A stretch of 64,000 nucleotides of DNA. Origin: an uncultured delta proteobacterium. GTDB lineage: Bacteria; Myxococcota_A; Polyangia; Polyangiales; Polyangiaceae. The notes under the pieces were generated by a model. That model did not search any database and was not told the DNA's origin. It was given only the letters and a program-made list of their open reading frames with translations. The DNA is taken from the NCBI GenBank assembly GCA_963696385.1, contig CAVOKF010000003.1, positions 576,001 to 640,000 of the forward strand. The letters are read 5' to 3'. Below are positions 28,551 to 38,794 of the stretch, piece by piece (the stretch's first letter is position 1; every line of letters starts with the position of its first letter). The translations under genes and the position numbers were made by a program.

Positions 28551-31280
28551 TCACCGCTTGCGGGCGTTGTGCCCCTCGATGCGGTCGGGACCGGCGCCCT
28601 CTTCGTGTCCGTCGCTCGCATCGTGCGAAATGTGCCCTTCGGCCTCCCGAAGTTTTTCCGCGATTTCGATGATTCGCCGTTCGACCCGGCCGAACACGCT
28701 CGATGCAGGAAAGCGCCCGCTCGCGTCGCGCTCGCCAGCGGGAAGCCCGGTCAAAACCTCGATTCCCTGCGCAGCGCGGTCGACGGCGTAGAGCTGAAAG
28801 TGTCCGGCCGCGACGGCCGCGGCGACATCGTCACGAAGCACAAGGTGCGGGCGATTCGCGCTCGGGATCAGGACACCCTGAACACCGTTCAGGCCCCGCG
28901 CCTTGCAGAGATCGAAGAACCCTTCGATCTTTGCGCATACCCCGCCGATCGCCTGCATTTCGCCGAGCTGATTCACGCTCCCGGTCACGGCGATCCCCTG
29001 ATCGATTCCAACGTCGGCCAACGCGCTCAACACGGCGAACAATTCGCTCGAACTTGCGCTGTCTCCATCGATCTCGCCGTAGCTCTGCTCGAAGGCGAGC
29101 TGGGCGCGCAGGCTGAGCGGCCGCTCCTGACCGAACATGCGCGCGAGATAACCGCGCAGAATGGCCACTCCCTTCGTATGAATACTCCCTCCGAGTTGCG
29201 CCTCGCGTTCGACGTCGATGATCCCCTCTCGCCCGATGCCGACCACCGCGGTGATCCGCATCGGCTGGCCGAACTCGACATCGCCGGCGCTGAACACGCT
29301 CAGGCCGTTCACGACGCCGACCCGCCATCCGGCGGTATCGAGGGCGACTTCTCCGCGCAGCGTGATCTCGCGAATGTGCCGTTCCGCACTCCCGGCACGC
29401 TCGCGGCGTTCCAGCCACGCCGCCTGGATGTCTTCTGCAGAGACCACGGACACGGGAGGCGGAGCGATGGATGCTCGAAACGGGCGCGCGGCCCCTTCGC
29501 TCGCGAGCCCATCGGCCTCCCCTTCCGCACCGGTCGCCCTAGCGACCGCAAGCGCGCTGGCAAACGCCATCGTTTCCTCGAGCGGTGACAGTGTCAGCGC
29601 AAGTTTTTCGCGATCCGCGGCCAAACGGGTGGCTAGATCGAGCAACTGCGCGCGTGCGGACTGATCGAACCGCCCCCACGCGCGCTCCTTGGCCATGGCC
29701 ATGAGGTACGCGTCGAGCGCGGCCAGACTCTTGGGTGACCGTGGAATGACCGGGTCGACTTCGACCTTCACGCGAAAGAGCGAAGCGAAATCCGGGTCCG
29801 CTTCGAGGAGCGTGGCGTAGAGCTCGGGCGGGCCGACGAGCACGACGCGGACGTGGATCGGGACCGGCACCGGCCGCAACGACGTGGCGTACAGGCCGAG
29901 CGGTCCGAGCGGATCTTCCGCACCGATTCGCTGCTCGCGCATGACACGCTTCATTCGCTCCCAGATGATCGGATCGGTGAGCAAATCACCGGCGCGCACA
30001 ACGAGCACGCCACCGCTCGCCTTGTGCAGGGATCCCGCCCGAATGCGCGTGAAGTCCGTCAAGAGCGCGCCGTAGCGCGCACGGCGTTCCAGGTAACCGA
30101 AGAGGCTGGGATAGGTGGGGTTGGTGTCGTAGACGACGGGCGCAGGCACCCCTGGCTCGTGGGACACGAGAAGATTGACCTTGAATCGATTCAGGCGCGT
30201 CGCGAGCTCCGGATCGTCCTTTTCCTCTCGCGAGCGCTTCTCTTGCTCGTCTTCGTCGTCGACTTCGACGAGATCTTCCCAGTCTTCAACGAGGGCTTCG
30301 TGGACTCGATCCACCCACTCACGCACGGGATCGCCGAGAGCCGCTACCGATCGGCTGACCTCCTTCATCGCGGACTCGATGACACCTGCAGCCGCCTTGG
30401 AAAACGCCGCCTCACGCGCGGCGTCGAACCGCGCGCTCTGCGCCCGCACGTTATGGGCGGCTTTCTCCACCTCTCGGGTCAGCTTGTGCTCCGATTCGGC
30501 GAGCGCGCGCTTGGTCGAATCGTCGAGCACGTCGAACTGCTCGGCGCTCACGGGCTTGCCGTGGAGAATGGGGAACGTCTGCACGCCCCCGTGCACCGGA
30601 CGAACGCCGAATCCGAAGGTCTTCGCGAGCGACTCGAGTTCATGGATGACTGCGCGGTTCTTCGCTTCAAGCTCGGAGGCGAGCTGCGTCTGCGCGTGCT
30701 TGAACTCTTCGCCCTCGACCACGGTAGGGATGCGTTCCTTGAGGCGATCGATGAGCGCGTCCATCGTTCGAACGAGCGTCGGCCCCTGCCCCGCAGGAAG
30801 CACGAGCGGGCGGGGCGCCTCGGGGTGATCGAAGTCGTGAACGTACGCAATGTCGTTCGGGGTCGGACGCGTGCTTGCGAATCGGGAGGCATAGCGAACG
30901 ATGTCGTCCTCGATCATCACCTCCGGCGCGGCCGCCACGAAAACGTGAAAACTCGGCTCTCGCGCGCTCAAACCGAGCTCGAGTGCCCTCCGGGCCACGC
31001 TAGGTACCAGTTCCAACATGCCATGGGTTTCGAGCGGATCGGCCGGCAGGAGCGCAGGGTCGGTCCTCATCACGGCATCCTCGCTTCCGACCCGGAATGC
31101 GGCCCGCGCACGCGACAGCGCGCTGTCGCCATTTTCCGCTGCGGGGCTGCTCGCCGCACGGCCGTTCGCGGACCGACTTCGGGCGGCTGAAGGATTCGGC
31201 GAAGTCGCTGAGGCCGGTTTCGAGTGACGCGCCGCAGCCGGCTCGGACTTCGTGCGCGCTCTCGGTCGGCGAGTCGGCAT
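28551..31280 (-). CDS. LonC-like S16 protease (AAA_32-type module + Lon_C)
   Basis: Ser-Lys dyad DGDSASS / GGVCAKIEGF, VNGLSV, DVERE...G.IH.KG, AVTGSVNQ. ATG 31280 chosen because the longer ORF overlaps the divergent cyclase gene. Confidence 0.88.
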   Translation of the reverse strand: MPTRRPRARTKSEPAAARHSKPASATSPNPSAARSRSANGRAASSPAAENGDSALSRARAAFRVGSEDAVMRTDPALLPADPLETHGMLELVPSVARRALELGLSAREPSFHVFVAAAPEVMIEDDIVRYASRFASTRPTPNDIAYVHDFDHPEAPRPLVLPAGQGPTLVRTMDALIDRLKERIPTVVEGEEFKHAQTQLASELEAKNRAVIHELESLAKTFGFGVRPVHGGVQTFPILHGKPVSAEQFDVLDDSTKRALAESEHKLTREVEKAAHNVRAQSARFDAAREAAFSKAAAGVIESAMKEVSRSVAALGDPVREWVDRVHEALVEDWEDLVEVDDEDEQEKRSREEKDDPELATRLNRFKVNLLVSHEPGVPAPVVYDTNPTYPSLFGYLERRARYGALLTDFTRIRAGSLHKASGGVLVVRAGDLLTDPIIWERMKRVMREQRIGAEDPLGPLGLYATSLRPVPVPIHVRVVLVGPPELYATLLEADPDFASLFRVKVEVDPVIPRSPKSLAALDAYLMAMAKERAWGRFDQSARAQLLDLATRLAADREKLALTLSPLEETMAFASALAVARATGAEGEADGLASEGAARPFRASIAPPPVSVVSAEDIQAAWLERRERAGSAERHIREITLRGEVALDTAGWRVGVVNGLSVFSAGDVEFGQPMRITAVVGIGREGIIDVEREAQLGGSIHTKGVAILRGYLARMFGQERPLSLRAQLAFEQSYGEIDGDSASSSELFAVLSALADVGIDQGIAVTGSVNQLGEMQAIGGVCAKIEGFFDLCKARGLNGVQGVLIPSANRPHLVLRDDVAAAVAAGHFQLYAVDRAAQGIEVLTGLPAGERDASGRFPASSVFGRVERRIIEIAEKLREAEGHISHDASDGHEEGAGPDRIEGHNARKR

Positions 31281-31385
31281 AGGGGCGGTATCGACCTCGA
31301 CGACACTAGCATTTTCCGCTCCCCCATGCGGCTCTCGCGTGGGCGCTGTTCGCCCCCCTCGAAACCGCGCTACCATAGAGGTCTC

Positions 31386-33203
31386 ATGGCGAAGCTGATC
31401 CTTGCGACTGCCGAAGGACAGCAGTTCATCGACCTTCGGCCCGCGAACAGCCTCGGCCGTCACCCGAACAACACGATTCAGCTCCTCGACAAGATCGTCT
31501 CGAAAGAGCACTGCATCCTCGAGCAACGCGACGGTCAGTTCGTTCTGCGGGATCTCGGCAGCTTGAATGGGACGTACGTCAACAGTGAGCGCGTTCGGGG
31601 CGAGATCTACCTCAAGCACGGCGACGAAATCGCCCTCGGCTCCACGCGCGCACGATTCGACGATGAGTCGGGCACGGCGTTTCCTCCACCGCCCATCGGC
31701 CCCGGCGCCGTCCAGCACGCAGCGACCGGCGGCTCGTCATGGCCCGCGGTATCGACGGCGCCACGAGCACAGCCCGCACCCGCGCAGGCGGTTTCACCTT
31801 CTGCCGGTCACGTTCCTATCGTCGGCTCCCATGACCCGAGTTCGCGATCACCCCACCCGCACGGTAACCCGGCCGCGCAGCCTACGCCTATTCACCGGCC
31901 CGCGGGCGCGACGCGGGTCGACGTCCTCGACGCGGCGCGGGCCATCGGCACGCAGATCGCCGCACAAACGAAGGGGTTCGTGCCGTTCGAAGCCATGGGC
32001 CACGATCCCCAACAGCTCCGGCTCGATTACGAGCGACTGCGCATCAGCTGGGAGCTTACGCGAGACATCGGTCTCGAACGCGACCTTGATCAGCTTCTCG
32101 ACAAGATTTTGCTCGCTATCTTCAAGTTCACGAAGGCGGACCGTGGCGTCATTTTGCTTCGCGAGACCGACGGAAACCTGCAACCGAGGGCGGCGCGACG
32201 GCGCGACGGCAGCGACTCGCCCATCCAGGTGAGCTCGACCATCCTGAACCACGTGATCCAGGAGCGAGCAGGCGTGCTGACCCATGACGCCTCCTTGGAC
32301 TTCGCCGCTTCGAAGGGCAAGTCGATGATCCTCAATCGGATCTCGAGCGCCATGGTCGTGCCTTTCTTGCACGACAATGAAAAAGAAGTCCTCGGGGTGT
32401 TGTGGCTCGACTCCGAAGCGCTTGCGCAATTTCAACCCAAGGACCTCGAAGTCATCACTTCGGTCGCAGGCCAGGCATCGATGTTCATCGAGAACACCAT
32501 CCTCGCGAAGAAAGTCGAACAGGAGATCGTTCTGCGGGAGCGGTTCATGCGCTTGGTCGCGCCGAACGTCGCCGAGCAAATGGTCAGCGGGAAGCTCGAA
32601 GTGAAAAAAGGCGGTCAGCTGGTCTCTGAACTGAACGTCTTCAACAGCGACATCCGCGGCTTTACTGCCATGAGCGAGGGCACATCCGCCGAGACTCTCG
32701 TCGAAATGCTCAACGAGTACTTCGAGCTCATGGTCGAGACCGTATTCAAATACGAGGGGACGCTCGACAAGTTCATGGGCGACGGGATCATGGCCTTTTG
32801 GGGGGCCCCTCTTGCGCACCGCGACGACACGATTCGGTGCGTGCACTGCGCCCTCGATCAAATGCACGTGCTCGGCCGCTTCAATCGGCAACGAGTCGGC
32901 GAGGGCAAGCCCCCGATCGCGGTCGGCTTCGGTATCCACACGGGGCCGGGCGTGGTCGGCTATGTCGGTAGCTCCAAAGCGCTCTCGTATACCGTCATCG
33001 GCGATACCGCAAACACCAGCGCAAGGCTCTGCGCGAGCGCCGCGGCCGGGCAAATCGTCGTCAGCGAGTCGACGCTCGCCCGCCTTGGCGGCCGCTTCGA
33101 GATCGAAGAGATCGAACCCCGGTCGCTCAAAGGCAAAGAGAAACCGATGCGGCGGTTCAACGTCGTCCGGCAGAAAGCCAGCGCCGTGGCCATGGTTGGA
33201 TGA
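31386..33203 (+). CDS. FHA-GAF-class III adenylate/guanylate cyclase
   Basis: FHA (LGRH, VSKEH, DLGSLNGT), GAF (SAMVVP, GVLWLD, F...DL), cyclase (SDIRGFT, DKFMGDG, YTVIGDTANTSARL, LKGK). Confidence 0.93.
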   Translation: MAKLILATAEGQQFIDLRPANSLGRHPNNTIQLLDKIVSKEHCILEQRDGQFVLRDLGSLNGTYVNSERVRGEIYLKHGDEIALGSTRARFDDESGTAFPPPPIGPGAVQHAATGGSSWPAVSTAPRAQPAPAQAVSPSAGHVPIVGSHDPSSRSPHPHGNPAAQPTPIHRPAGATRVDVLDAARAIGTQIAAQTKGFVPFEAMGHDPQQLRLDYERLRISWELTRDIGLERDLDQLLDKILLAIFKFTKADRGVILLRETDGNLQPRAARRRDGSDSPIQVSSTILNHVIQERAGVLTHDASLDFAASKGKSMILNRISSAMVVPFLHDNEKEVLGVLWLDSEALAQFQPKDLEVITSVAGQASMFIENTILAKKVEQEIVLRERFMRLVAPNVAEQMVSGKLEVKKGGQLVSELNVFNSDIRGFTAMSEGTSAETLVEMLNEYFELMVETVFKYEGTLDKFMGDGIMAFWGAPLAHRDDTIRCVHCALDQMHVLGRFNRQRVGEGKPPIAVGFGIHTGPGVVGYVGSSKALSYTVIGDTANTSARLCASAAAGQIVVSESTLARLGGRFEIEEIEPRSLKGKEKPMRRFNVVRQKASAVAMVG

Positions 33204-33227
33204 ACCTCGACGGCCGACCTCGCTTGC

Positions 33228-34685
33228 TCAGGAATGTCCGCCGAGTACGACGGTCGCCACAGATCTCGGGGGTAAAGCGACGAGGCCGCTCGGGGGAAGG
33301 CTTCCGAGCACCGACCATACTTCGGATCCCCCGGGACGATACGTCGTCCGGTAGATCGCCGATGTGACGACGGCGTAGCGTTGGGGATCGATTCGAACGT
33401 CCATCTCCGTCTGTCCGACGTTGAGCAGGACGGCCGTCAAGCGGTCGCCGGTCGGCGACAAGAACGCCGAGACCTTCAACGCGCTGACTTCGCTGCGGGC
33501 GCCGATCCGCACGTACCCCGGATCCGTAAAGCGCGCATAATGCCGCAAGGAATAGTATTGGTCTCGCACCGTATAACGGCTCCCGTCCACCGAAACGAGC
33601 CCCCCCGGCGGACGCCACAAGAGATCCCAGTACAGGAAGGCCGCCACACCCTCCTCCACCAGCGAATTGTGGATGAGCCACGCGGTTTCGAAGCCGCCTT
33701 CGATGCCGCGGTCTTCGTCCGTTTGGAATTCGGTCTGGAATAGCGGCTTGCCCTTGGCCGCCGCGACCGCACTCTTCATCGGTTGGACGTAGCTATCGGG
33801 CCCCGGACTTCGCCAGTCCCAAATGCCGTCATCGCCCTTCTCGTAGAGATGGTGGGCGACCCCGTACAGGAGGTCGAGATTCATGGCTCGGGTGTACACT
33901 TCGACTTTCTTGGCATGTACCCCCACGACCTCGGGACCCAACACTTTGGGCGGGGATGGCAAGGTCGACAGTCTCTCCTGCACGGCTTCAAGCGCGCGAT
34001 CGTAGCCTGGATACCGGTCGGTCTCGGTCGGATCGAATTTGCACCCTTCCCAGTCGGGTGGAATGAAGTCCGGCTCGTTCTGCAGGGTCACATAGTCCGG
34101 GACGATACCCAGAGACGCGTAGTGCTCGAGGGACTCCAACCAGTAGTCCGCGAACTTCTCGTAAACGAAGTGACCGTTTTCTCTGCGTAGAGTGCAATCT
34201 TCGTTGCCTCGGCACCGCTCCTGACCATTGGCCTTCAGCCCTGCAGGGGGCGACCACGAGCTCAGCATGATCTTTGGGCGCGATCCGAGCGCTTCCGTCG
34301 CGCGACGCAGAATCTCGGCTTCCTGCGCCAGATCGCCATCACCCGGTTCGCTGCGCCGGTGGCGATTGCGGAAGCGCAGGATATCGAGGCCGAGATCCGG
34401 AAACAGCACCCTGTACAGGTCCGCGGGCGTCGCGCCGACGGCGAGGTCGATGTTGAACGCCACGGAGGCCCCGAACCCCTCCAGCGTCTGATGGCGCTCC
34501 GCCGAGAAGAGCGAGACTACCGCAACCGGTGCCCGATTTGCCGGACCCACGGGCTCAGGGGACCCTGCCGGAGGTCCCGCCTGGATGCATGAGACGAGGA
34601 CGATCGCAGTCGATCGACGTGCGTAATGGCCCAACCGCTGCACGCGGGAAGCATACGAAGACGCGTGCCGCAGTGCATGCGTCAT
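33228..34685 (-). CDS. Glycoside hydrolase family 30 (xylanase/galactanase-like), probable lipoprotein
   Basis: HQTLEGFGA, SWSPPA, acid/base QNEPD, nucleophile QTEF, AFLYW, HYARF..PG; LVSC lipobox candidate. Start uncertain. Confidence 0.85.
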   Translation of the reverse strand: MTHALRHASSYASRVQRLGHYARRSTAIVLVSCIQAGPPAGSPEPVGPANRAPVAVVSLFSAERHQTLEGFGASVAFNIDLAVGATPADLYRVLFPDLGLDILRFRNRHRRSEPGDGDLAQEAEILRRATEALGSRPKIMLSSWSPPAGLKANGQERCRGNEDCTLRRENGHFVYEKFADYWLESLEHYASLGIVPDYVTLQNEPDFIPPDWEGCKFDPTETDRYPGYDRALEAVQERLSTLPSPPKVLGPEVVGVHAKKVEVYTRAMNLDLLYGVAHHLYEKGDDGIWDWRSPGPDSYVQPMKSAVAAAKGKPLFQTEFQTDEDRGIEGGFETAWLIHNSLVEEGVAAFLYWDLLWRPPGGLVSVDGSRYTVRDQYYSLRHYARFTDPGYVRIGARSEVSALKVSAFLSPTGDRLTAVLLNVGQTEMDVRIDPQRYAVVTSAIYRTTYRPGGSEVWSVLGSLPPSGLVALPPRSVATVVLGGHS

Positions 34686-34767
34686 CGGGCCACCCGGACG
34701 TCAAAACGACCGACTTCGGTGCCGGACCGGCCGAGCCACGGCCACGGTCCCCGTCCAGGAGCCCGGC

Positions 34768-37188
34768 TCAATACGGCGGGGCCGCATAGATGTATCCGCG
34801 CCCCGACGTCGTCGCATACACACGGCCGAACACGCTTTCGTCGCCGGCAATGAAACAAGCACCGCACCAGCCGTATTGGTGGGCCGCGTCGTTGATCTGA
34901 GTCCAGGAGGTCCCCATTCCGTCATCGGACCGGAAGAAGCCGTATTGGCCTTGCACGGTCCCCGTCAGGAACACCGCGGGATGCGTTTGCCCCGTGGCCG
35001 CCATGCCGAAGCCCACCGCGTAGGGAGTCGTCACGTTGGCGACGACGGCGCTCGTGGCTCCGGCGTCCGTAAAGCGGTAGAGGCTCCCGCCGCTCGAGGC
35101 AATCCACACTTCGCCGGCCACTCCAAACACCGTGCGTGGTGCACCCGATCCGGTGAACGTGTTTGCGACCCTGAACGTGGCTCCGCCGTTGGTGCTGACG
35201 TACAAGTTCCCGCCGCTCGTCGCGTAGAACGTACCGGCGGTCACCCGATCGGAGGCCAGCAGGGCCCCGGACGGCAATCCGGTCGAAGCCGTCCACGTCA
35301 CGCATTGGTTGGTGGTGTACGCTGGACTCCCATAGCCAGCGTACGGAGAAACGACGAAGCCGCTGCCATCGGCTGCCACCGCCACGGACTGCATCTCCGA
35401 AGCCGTCGTGTACCCCGCAGGAGCGGAAGGGCACGGAGTCCAGGTCTGACCGTTGTCGTTCGAGTAGGCTACGTCCGACGCAACCATGCCGCTGTTGCCG
35501 ACCCGCACGACGAAGTTCGTGTTGCTCTCGGCAAAGTCAATCCCGTTGGTCTGGCTAAAGAGGGGGGTCAGGTACTCTCCCGTGGTCGAGTAGGTGTCGA
35601 GGCTCGTGTTGCGCATCCCGCCGAGATCTTTGATCGCCCCCAAGAAAGCGCCCTTGATGGCTGGCATCAGGTATTGGGGCACGGTCTCCTCGAGACCTTC
35701 GTCCAGAAAGGCCCAGGTAATGCCCTGGGCATTGGCGCCCGTGGCACCCATGATGTTGGTACTGACCCACACCCCCGCGCCCGTCCCGTACATCGCCCGG
35801 TTGGAGTCGAAGGGGTCGATCGCAAGCGCCTCGACCCAGTTGGTGGCGCCCGTGCCGATGTACATTCCGCCCGACATCCAATACTCGGCTCCCTCGATGT
35901 CGTAGGTGTCGAGGCCGGTCGTGTTGTACGAGACTTGCGGCTCTGCGATGAGGGTCCAGGTGGTGCCGCCATCGACGGTGCCGAGAATGCAGTCGGGTTG
36001 ATACGAGTCGAGTGTCGAAACGATGACGTGCTGCGCGTTCTGTGCGTCGACGCTGATTCCGCCCGCCATCCCGGCCCAATGGCTCGGAGGCGTGACGTTG
36101 GTCCACGTCCCGGCGGCGGTCGCGTACTTCCAGACCTGTCCGCTGAGCGTGCCGCCACCCACGTTGTAGGGCCCGTAGTCGCTCGAATACGCGAGCCAAA
36201 GCGTCCCATCGCTGCCCAGGGAAGCGTGGTGTACCATGAGGCCGGAGGGCCCACCGGCCACCTCAGCCCAGGTCGTCCCCCCGTTCGTCGTTTGATAGAG
36301 GTTGCTCCCGGTGCTCGTGCTCGCGGCGGCCACGTAAATGTTTGTCGAGCCCGACGTGGTTCCGCCCTGCTTGTCGAAGAGGACGATGGGCAGCCCGTAG
36401 GTGGCATCGCCTTGAGTCGGAAAGGTGGCTACGACGGCCCACGATGAACCGGAATCGGTACTCTTGTACAGGCCACCGGTTCGGGTCCCGAAAAGAAGAA
36501 TGGAGTTGTTGTTCGGATCGACGGCCAGGCGCTCGCCCATTCCACGCCCCGTTTCGTTGCCGCCCATGGGCAACGGAAACGGGTTTACGGTCCACGTATT
36601 TCCCTGATCGGTCGACCGCAGGATCACGCCGTTGCCTTGGCCGGTAAGGTATGTCCCTCCCGCGGCGTAGACGATGTTGGCGTCCGTCGGATCGGGCGCG
36701 ATGCTCTCACCGCCCATGTCATTGCCTTGGGACACGGACAAGAAATCGGTCAACGGAATCCAGCGGGTGTTGGCGTCGTCCCAGCGGTAGAAGCCCCCGA
36801 CGTCCGTGCGGGCATACGCCAAGCCCTGTTGCGCCGGGCTGAAGACGATGCCGTCGACGAAGCCGCCGCCCCCAATCGCGATACTGTTCCAGCCCGTCAG
36901 GGCCGCCCCGGCATCTGCGCCGCCGGAACTTCCGCTGGCGGAAGAGCCGTCGGGTTGAACGCTCGCGTCGGTCGACGAGCTCGAGTTGCTGCCAGCGCCC
37001 GAGGCGGAAGACCGGGACGACGCCGTCGAGGCGGCCGATGTCGTCGAGCCGGTCGAAGAAGACGTCGCCGTCTGGTCCCGTTGCGTGTTTCCGGCCGTGC
37101 TGGAACCGCAGCCTCCGCTTGCGGAGGCAAAAACGGCGAGCGCCGTGCCGGCAAGCACCCATCTCACTGCAAGGCGAACGGTCGTCAT
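34768..37188 (-). CDS. Glycoside hydrolase family 74 xyloglucanase-like lipoprotein
   Basis: IGGGGFVDGI, YARTDVGG, GGNETGRGMGERLAVDP, BNR S.D.G..W repeats, second catalytic Asp in AIKDLGG; lipobox SGGC then a Ser/Thr-rich linker. Confidence 0.9.
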   Translation of the reverse strand: MTTVRLAVRWVLAGTALAVFASASGGCGSSTAGNTQRDQTATSSSTGSTTSAASTASSRSSASGAGSNSSSSTDASVQPDGSSASGSSGGADAGAALTGWNSIAIGGGGFVDGIVFSPAQQGLAYARTDVGGFYRWDDANTRWIPLTDFLSVSQGNDMGGESIAPDPTDANIVYAAGGTYLTGQGNGVILRSTDQGNTWTVNPFPLPMGGNETGRGMGERLAVDPNNNSILLFGTRTGGLYKSTDSGSSWAVVATFPTQGDATYGLPIVLFDKQGGTTSGSTNIYVAAASTSTGSNLYQTTNGGTTWAEVAGGPSGLMVHHASLGSDGTLWLAYSSDYGPYNVGGGTLSGQVWKYATAAGTWTNVTPPSHWAGMAGGISVDAQNAQHVIVSTLDSYQPDCILGTVDGGTTWTLIAEPQVSYNTTGLDTYDIEGAEYWMSGGMYIGTGATNWVEALAIDPFDSNRAMYGTGAGVWVSTNIMGATGANAQGITWAFLDEGLEETVPQYLMPAIKGAFLGAIKDLGGMRNTSLDTYSTTGEYLTPLFSQTNGIDFAESNTNFVVRVGNSGMVASDVAYSNDNGQTWTPCPSAPAGYTTASEMQSVAVAADGSGFVVSPYAGYGSPAYTTNQCVTWTASTGLPSGALLASDRVTAGTFYATSGGNLYVSTNGGATFRVANTFTGSGAPRTVFGVAGEVWIASSGGSLYRFTDAGATSAVVANVTTPYAVGFGMAATGQTHPAVFLTGTVQGQYGFFRSDDGMGTSWTQINDAAHQYGWCGACFIAGDESVFGRVYATTSGRGYIYAAPPY

Positions 37189-37544
37189 AGGAGTGGAAAC
37201 GCCTTCGATAGGCTGCCCTCAGGCGGGAAGCGGTGCGCGCGAACTATGCCACAGCTCGCCAGTCGAGCCCATACGCGTCGGCGAGCCCGTCCCGCCTTGA
37301 ATTCGGGCGGCGGCGCGCGCCACCCGTCCACTCGTCCGCGCTTCCCAGGCAGGTCACCGATCGGACAACAGTAGAACATGACTAACAAATGCCGGGCTGA
37401 CGAGGCGGGAGCTGAATGCGACAGCCGCGACCCCTCGACGGGGCCACGAAGCCCCGGCACGCAGAGCCGGCCGTCCCTGGCCGCTCCGAGCCCACCCGGA
37501 GAGAGTCGATGTAGGCCTTCTCGTGCTAGCTTGGGAGCGGTCGG

Positions 37545-38507
37545 ATGTCCGCCGCGAGCTACGTGCTGCCATTCGAGAAGCCGATCGTCGATCTGGTCGC
37601 GCGAGTCCGCGAGCTCCGCACCATGGCGCGAAATGACGGGGCGCTCGAGCCCGAGCTGCGGCGACTCGAAGAAAGGGCGTCGAAGCTCGCGCGCGAGCTC
37701 TTCGCCGATCTCAAGCCGTGGCAAAAAGTGCAGCTTTCGCGACACCCCAATCGACCCTATATGCTCGACTACGTCGAGCGCATGTGCGAGGACTTCGTCG
37801 AGCTCCGTGGGGATCGGCGCTTTGGTGATGACGCCGCAATCGTATCCGGGCTAACTCGCTTCCACGGTCGATCGGTCGTGGTGGTCGGCCACCAGAAAGG
37901 GCGGAGCACCAAGGAGAAAGTGGCTCGCAACTTCGGCCAGGCCAACCCCGAGGGGTACCGCAAGGCCCTTCGCATGTACGAAATGGCGAGCCGTTTTGGA
38001 TTGCCCATTCTCACCCTCATCGACACGGCCGGAGCGTATCCCGGCATTGGCGCGGAGGAGCGTGGGCAGAGCGAAGCGATCGGTGCCTGCCTGGCGGCGA
38101 TGTCCCGGGCGCGGGTGCCGATCGTCGCCACCATCATCGGCGAAGGCGGCAGCGGCGGAGCGCTGGCCCTCGGCGTCGCAAACCGCGTTTTGGTACTCGA
38201 ATACGGTACTTACAGCGTCATCTCGCCGGAGGGCGGAGCGTCCATCTTATGGAAGGACGGATCGAAGGCCGATGAAGCTGCCGTTCGCTTCAAGATGACA
38301 GCACCGGACCTACTGCGGCTCAAGGTGGTCGACAGCATCGTCGAAGAACCGGCGGGCGGAGCCCATCAGGATCACGACGCCGCAGCACGACTGGTCGAGG
38401 CCGCGATTTCCCGCGCCCTTCACGAGGTGGATGCGCTCGGCGGGCCGGACGAGTGGGTGGAGCATCGCTACCAACGGTTCCGCACGATGGGCGCGTTCGG
38501 TACATGA
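37545..38507 (+). CDS. accA: Acetyl-CoA carboxylase carboxyltransferase alpha
   Basis: LPFEKPI, SRHPNRP, GDRRFGDD, PEGYRKALR, AEERGQ, IGEGGSGGALA, SVISPEG. Confidence 0.97.
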   Translation: MSAASYVLPFEKPIVDLVARVRELRTMARNDGALEPELRRLEERASKLARELFADLKPWQKVQLSRHPNRPYMLDYVERMCEDFVELRGDRRFGDDAAIVSGLTRFHGRSVVVVGHQKGRSTKEKVARNFGQANPEGYRKALRMYEMASRFGLPILTLIDTAGAYPGIGAEERGQSEAIGACLAAMSRARVPIVATIIGEGGSGGALALGVANRVLVLEYGTYSVISPEGGASILWKDGSKADEAAVRFKMTAPDLLRLKVVDSIVEEPAGGAHQDHDAAARLVEAAISRALHEVDALGGPDEWVEHRYQRFRTMGAFGT

Positions 38508-38794
38508 CGCGGCCCTCGCCGGGGAACTGAGACGTCGGCCCCGCCATCCCGCAAAGTCCGGGGAAGTGACCGCAACCTAAAAAAATCAACCGATGGAATG
38601 ACGCATCGAGTCGCGCGCGGCCTCTCGGTTGGCTACACTGCCTCAGCCACAGCTGAATCCCGGTGCAATCGTCATCATTTTCTTGACGCGAGACGTCTTC
38701 CTGATCGACGGCTAATGCGATCATCGGAAAAATTCTACCTCAGTCCGGCGGCCCCTTTGCCGCGGTGGTAGCCATCGGAGAGCGGGGAGCACAC

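Noticed and set aside
31281..31718. Apparent 146-aa N-terminal extension of the Lon protease
   Set aside because: It overlaps the FHA domain of the divergent cyclase; a -10 element at 31303-31311 supports the start at 31280.
36900..37100. Ser/Thr/Ala low-complexity DNA in the GH74 linker (also in the cytochrome and precursor linkers) as a repeat array
   Set aside because: There is no fixed-period nucleotide repeat; protein linker composition explains it.
37235..37251. Sigma54-like TGGCAT-N-GC upstream of the GH74 gene (minus strand)
   Set aside because: GG-N10-GC spacing holds, but the -12 element is GCGC rather than TTGC; too weak to call.
38508..38794. AT-richer gap after accA with an A7 run and a CAACCGA/TCGGTTG inverted pair
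   Set aside because: No recognisable RNA family, terminator or correctly spaced promoter; the 98-134 aa ORFs here are motif-free.
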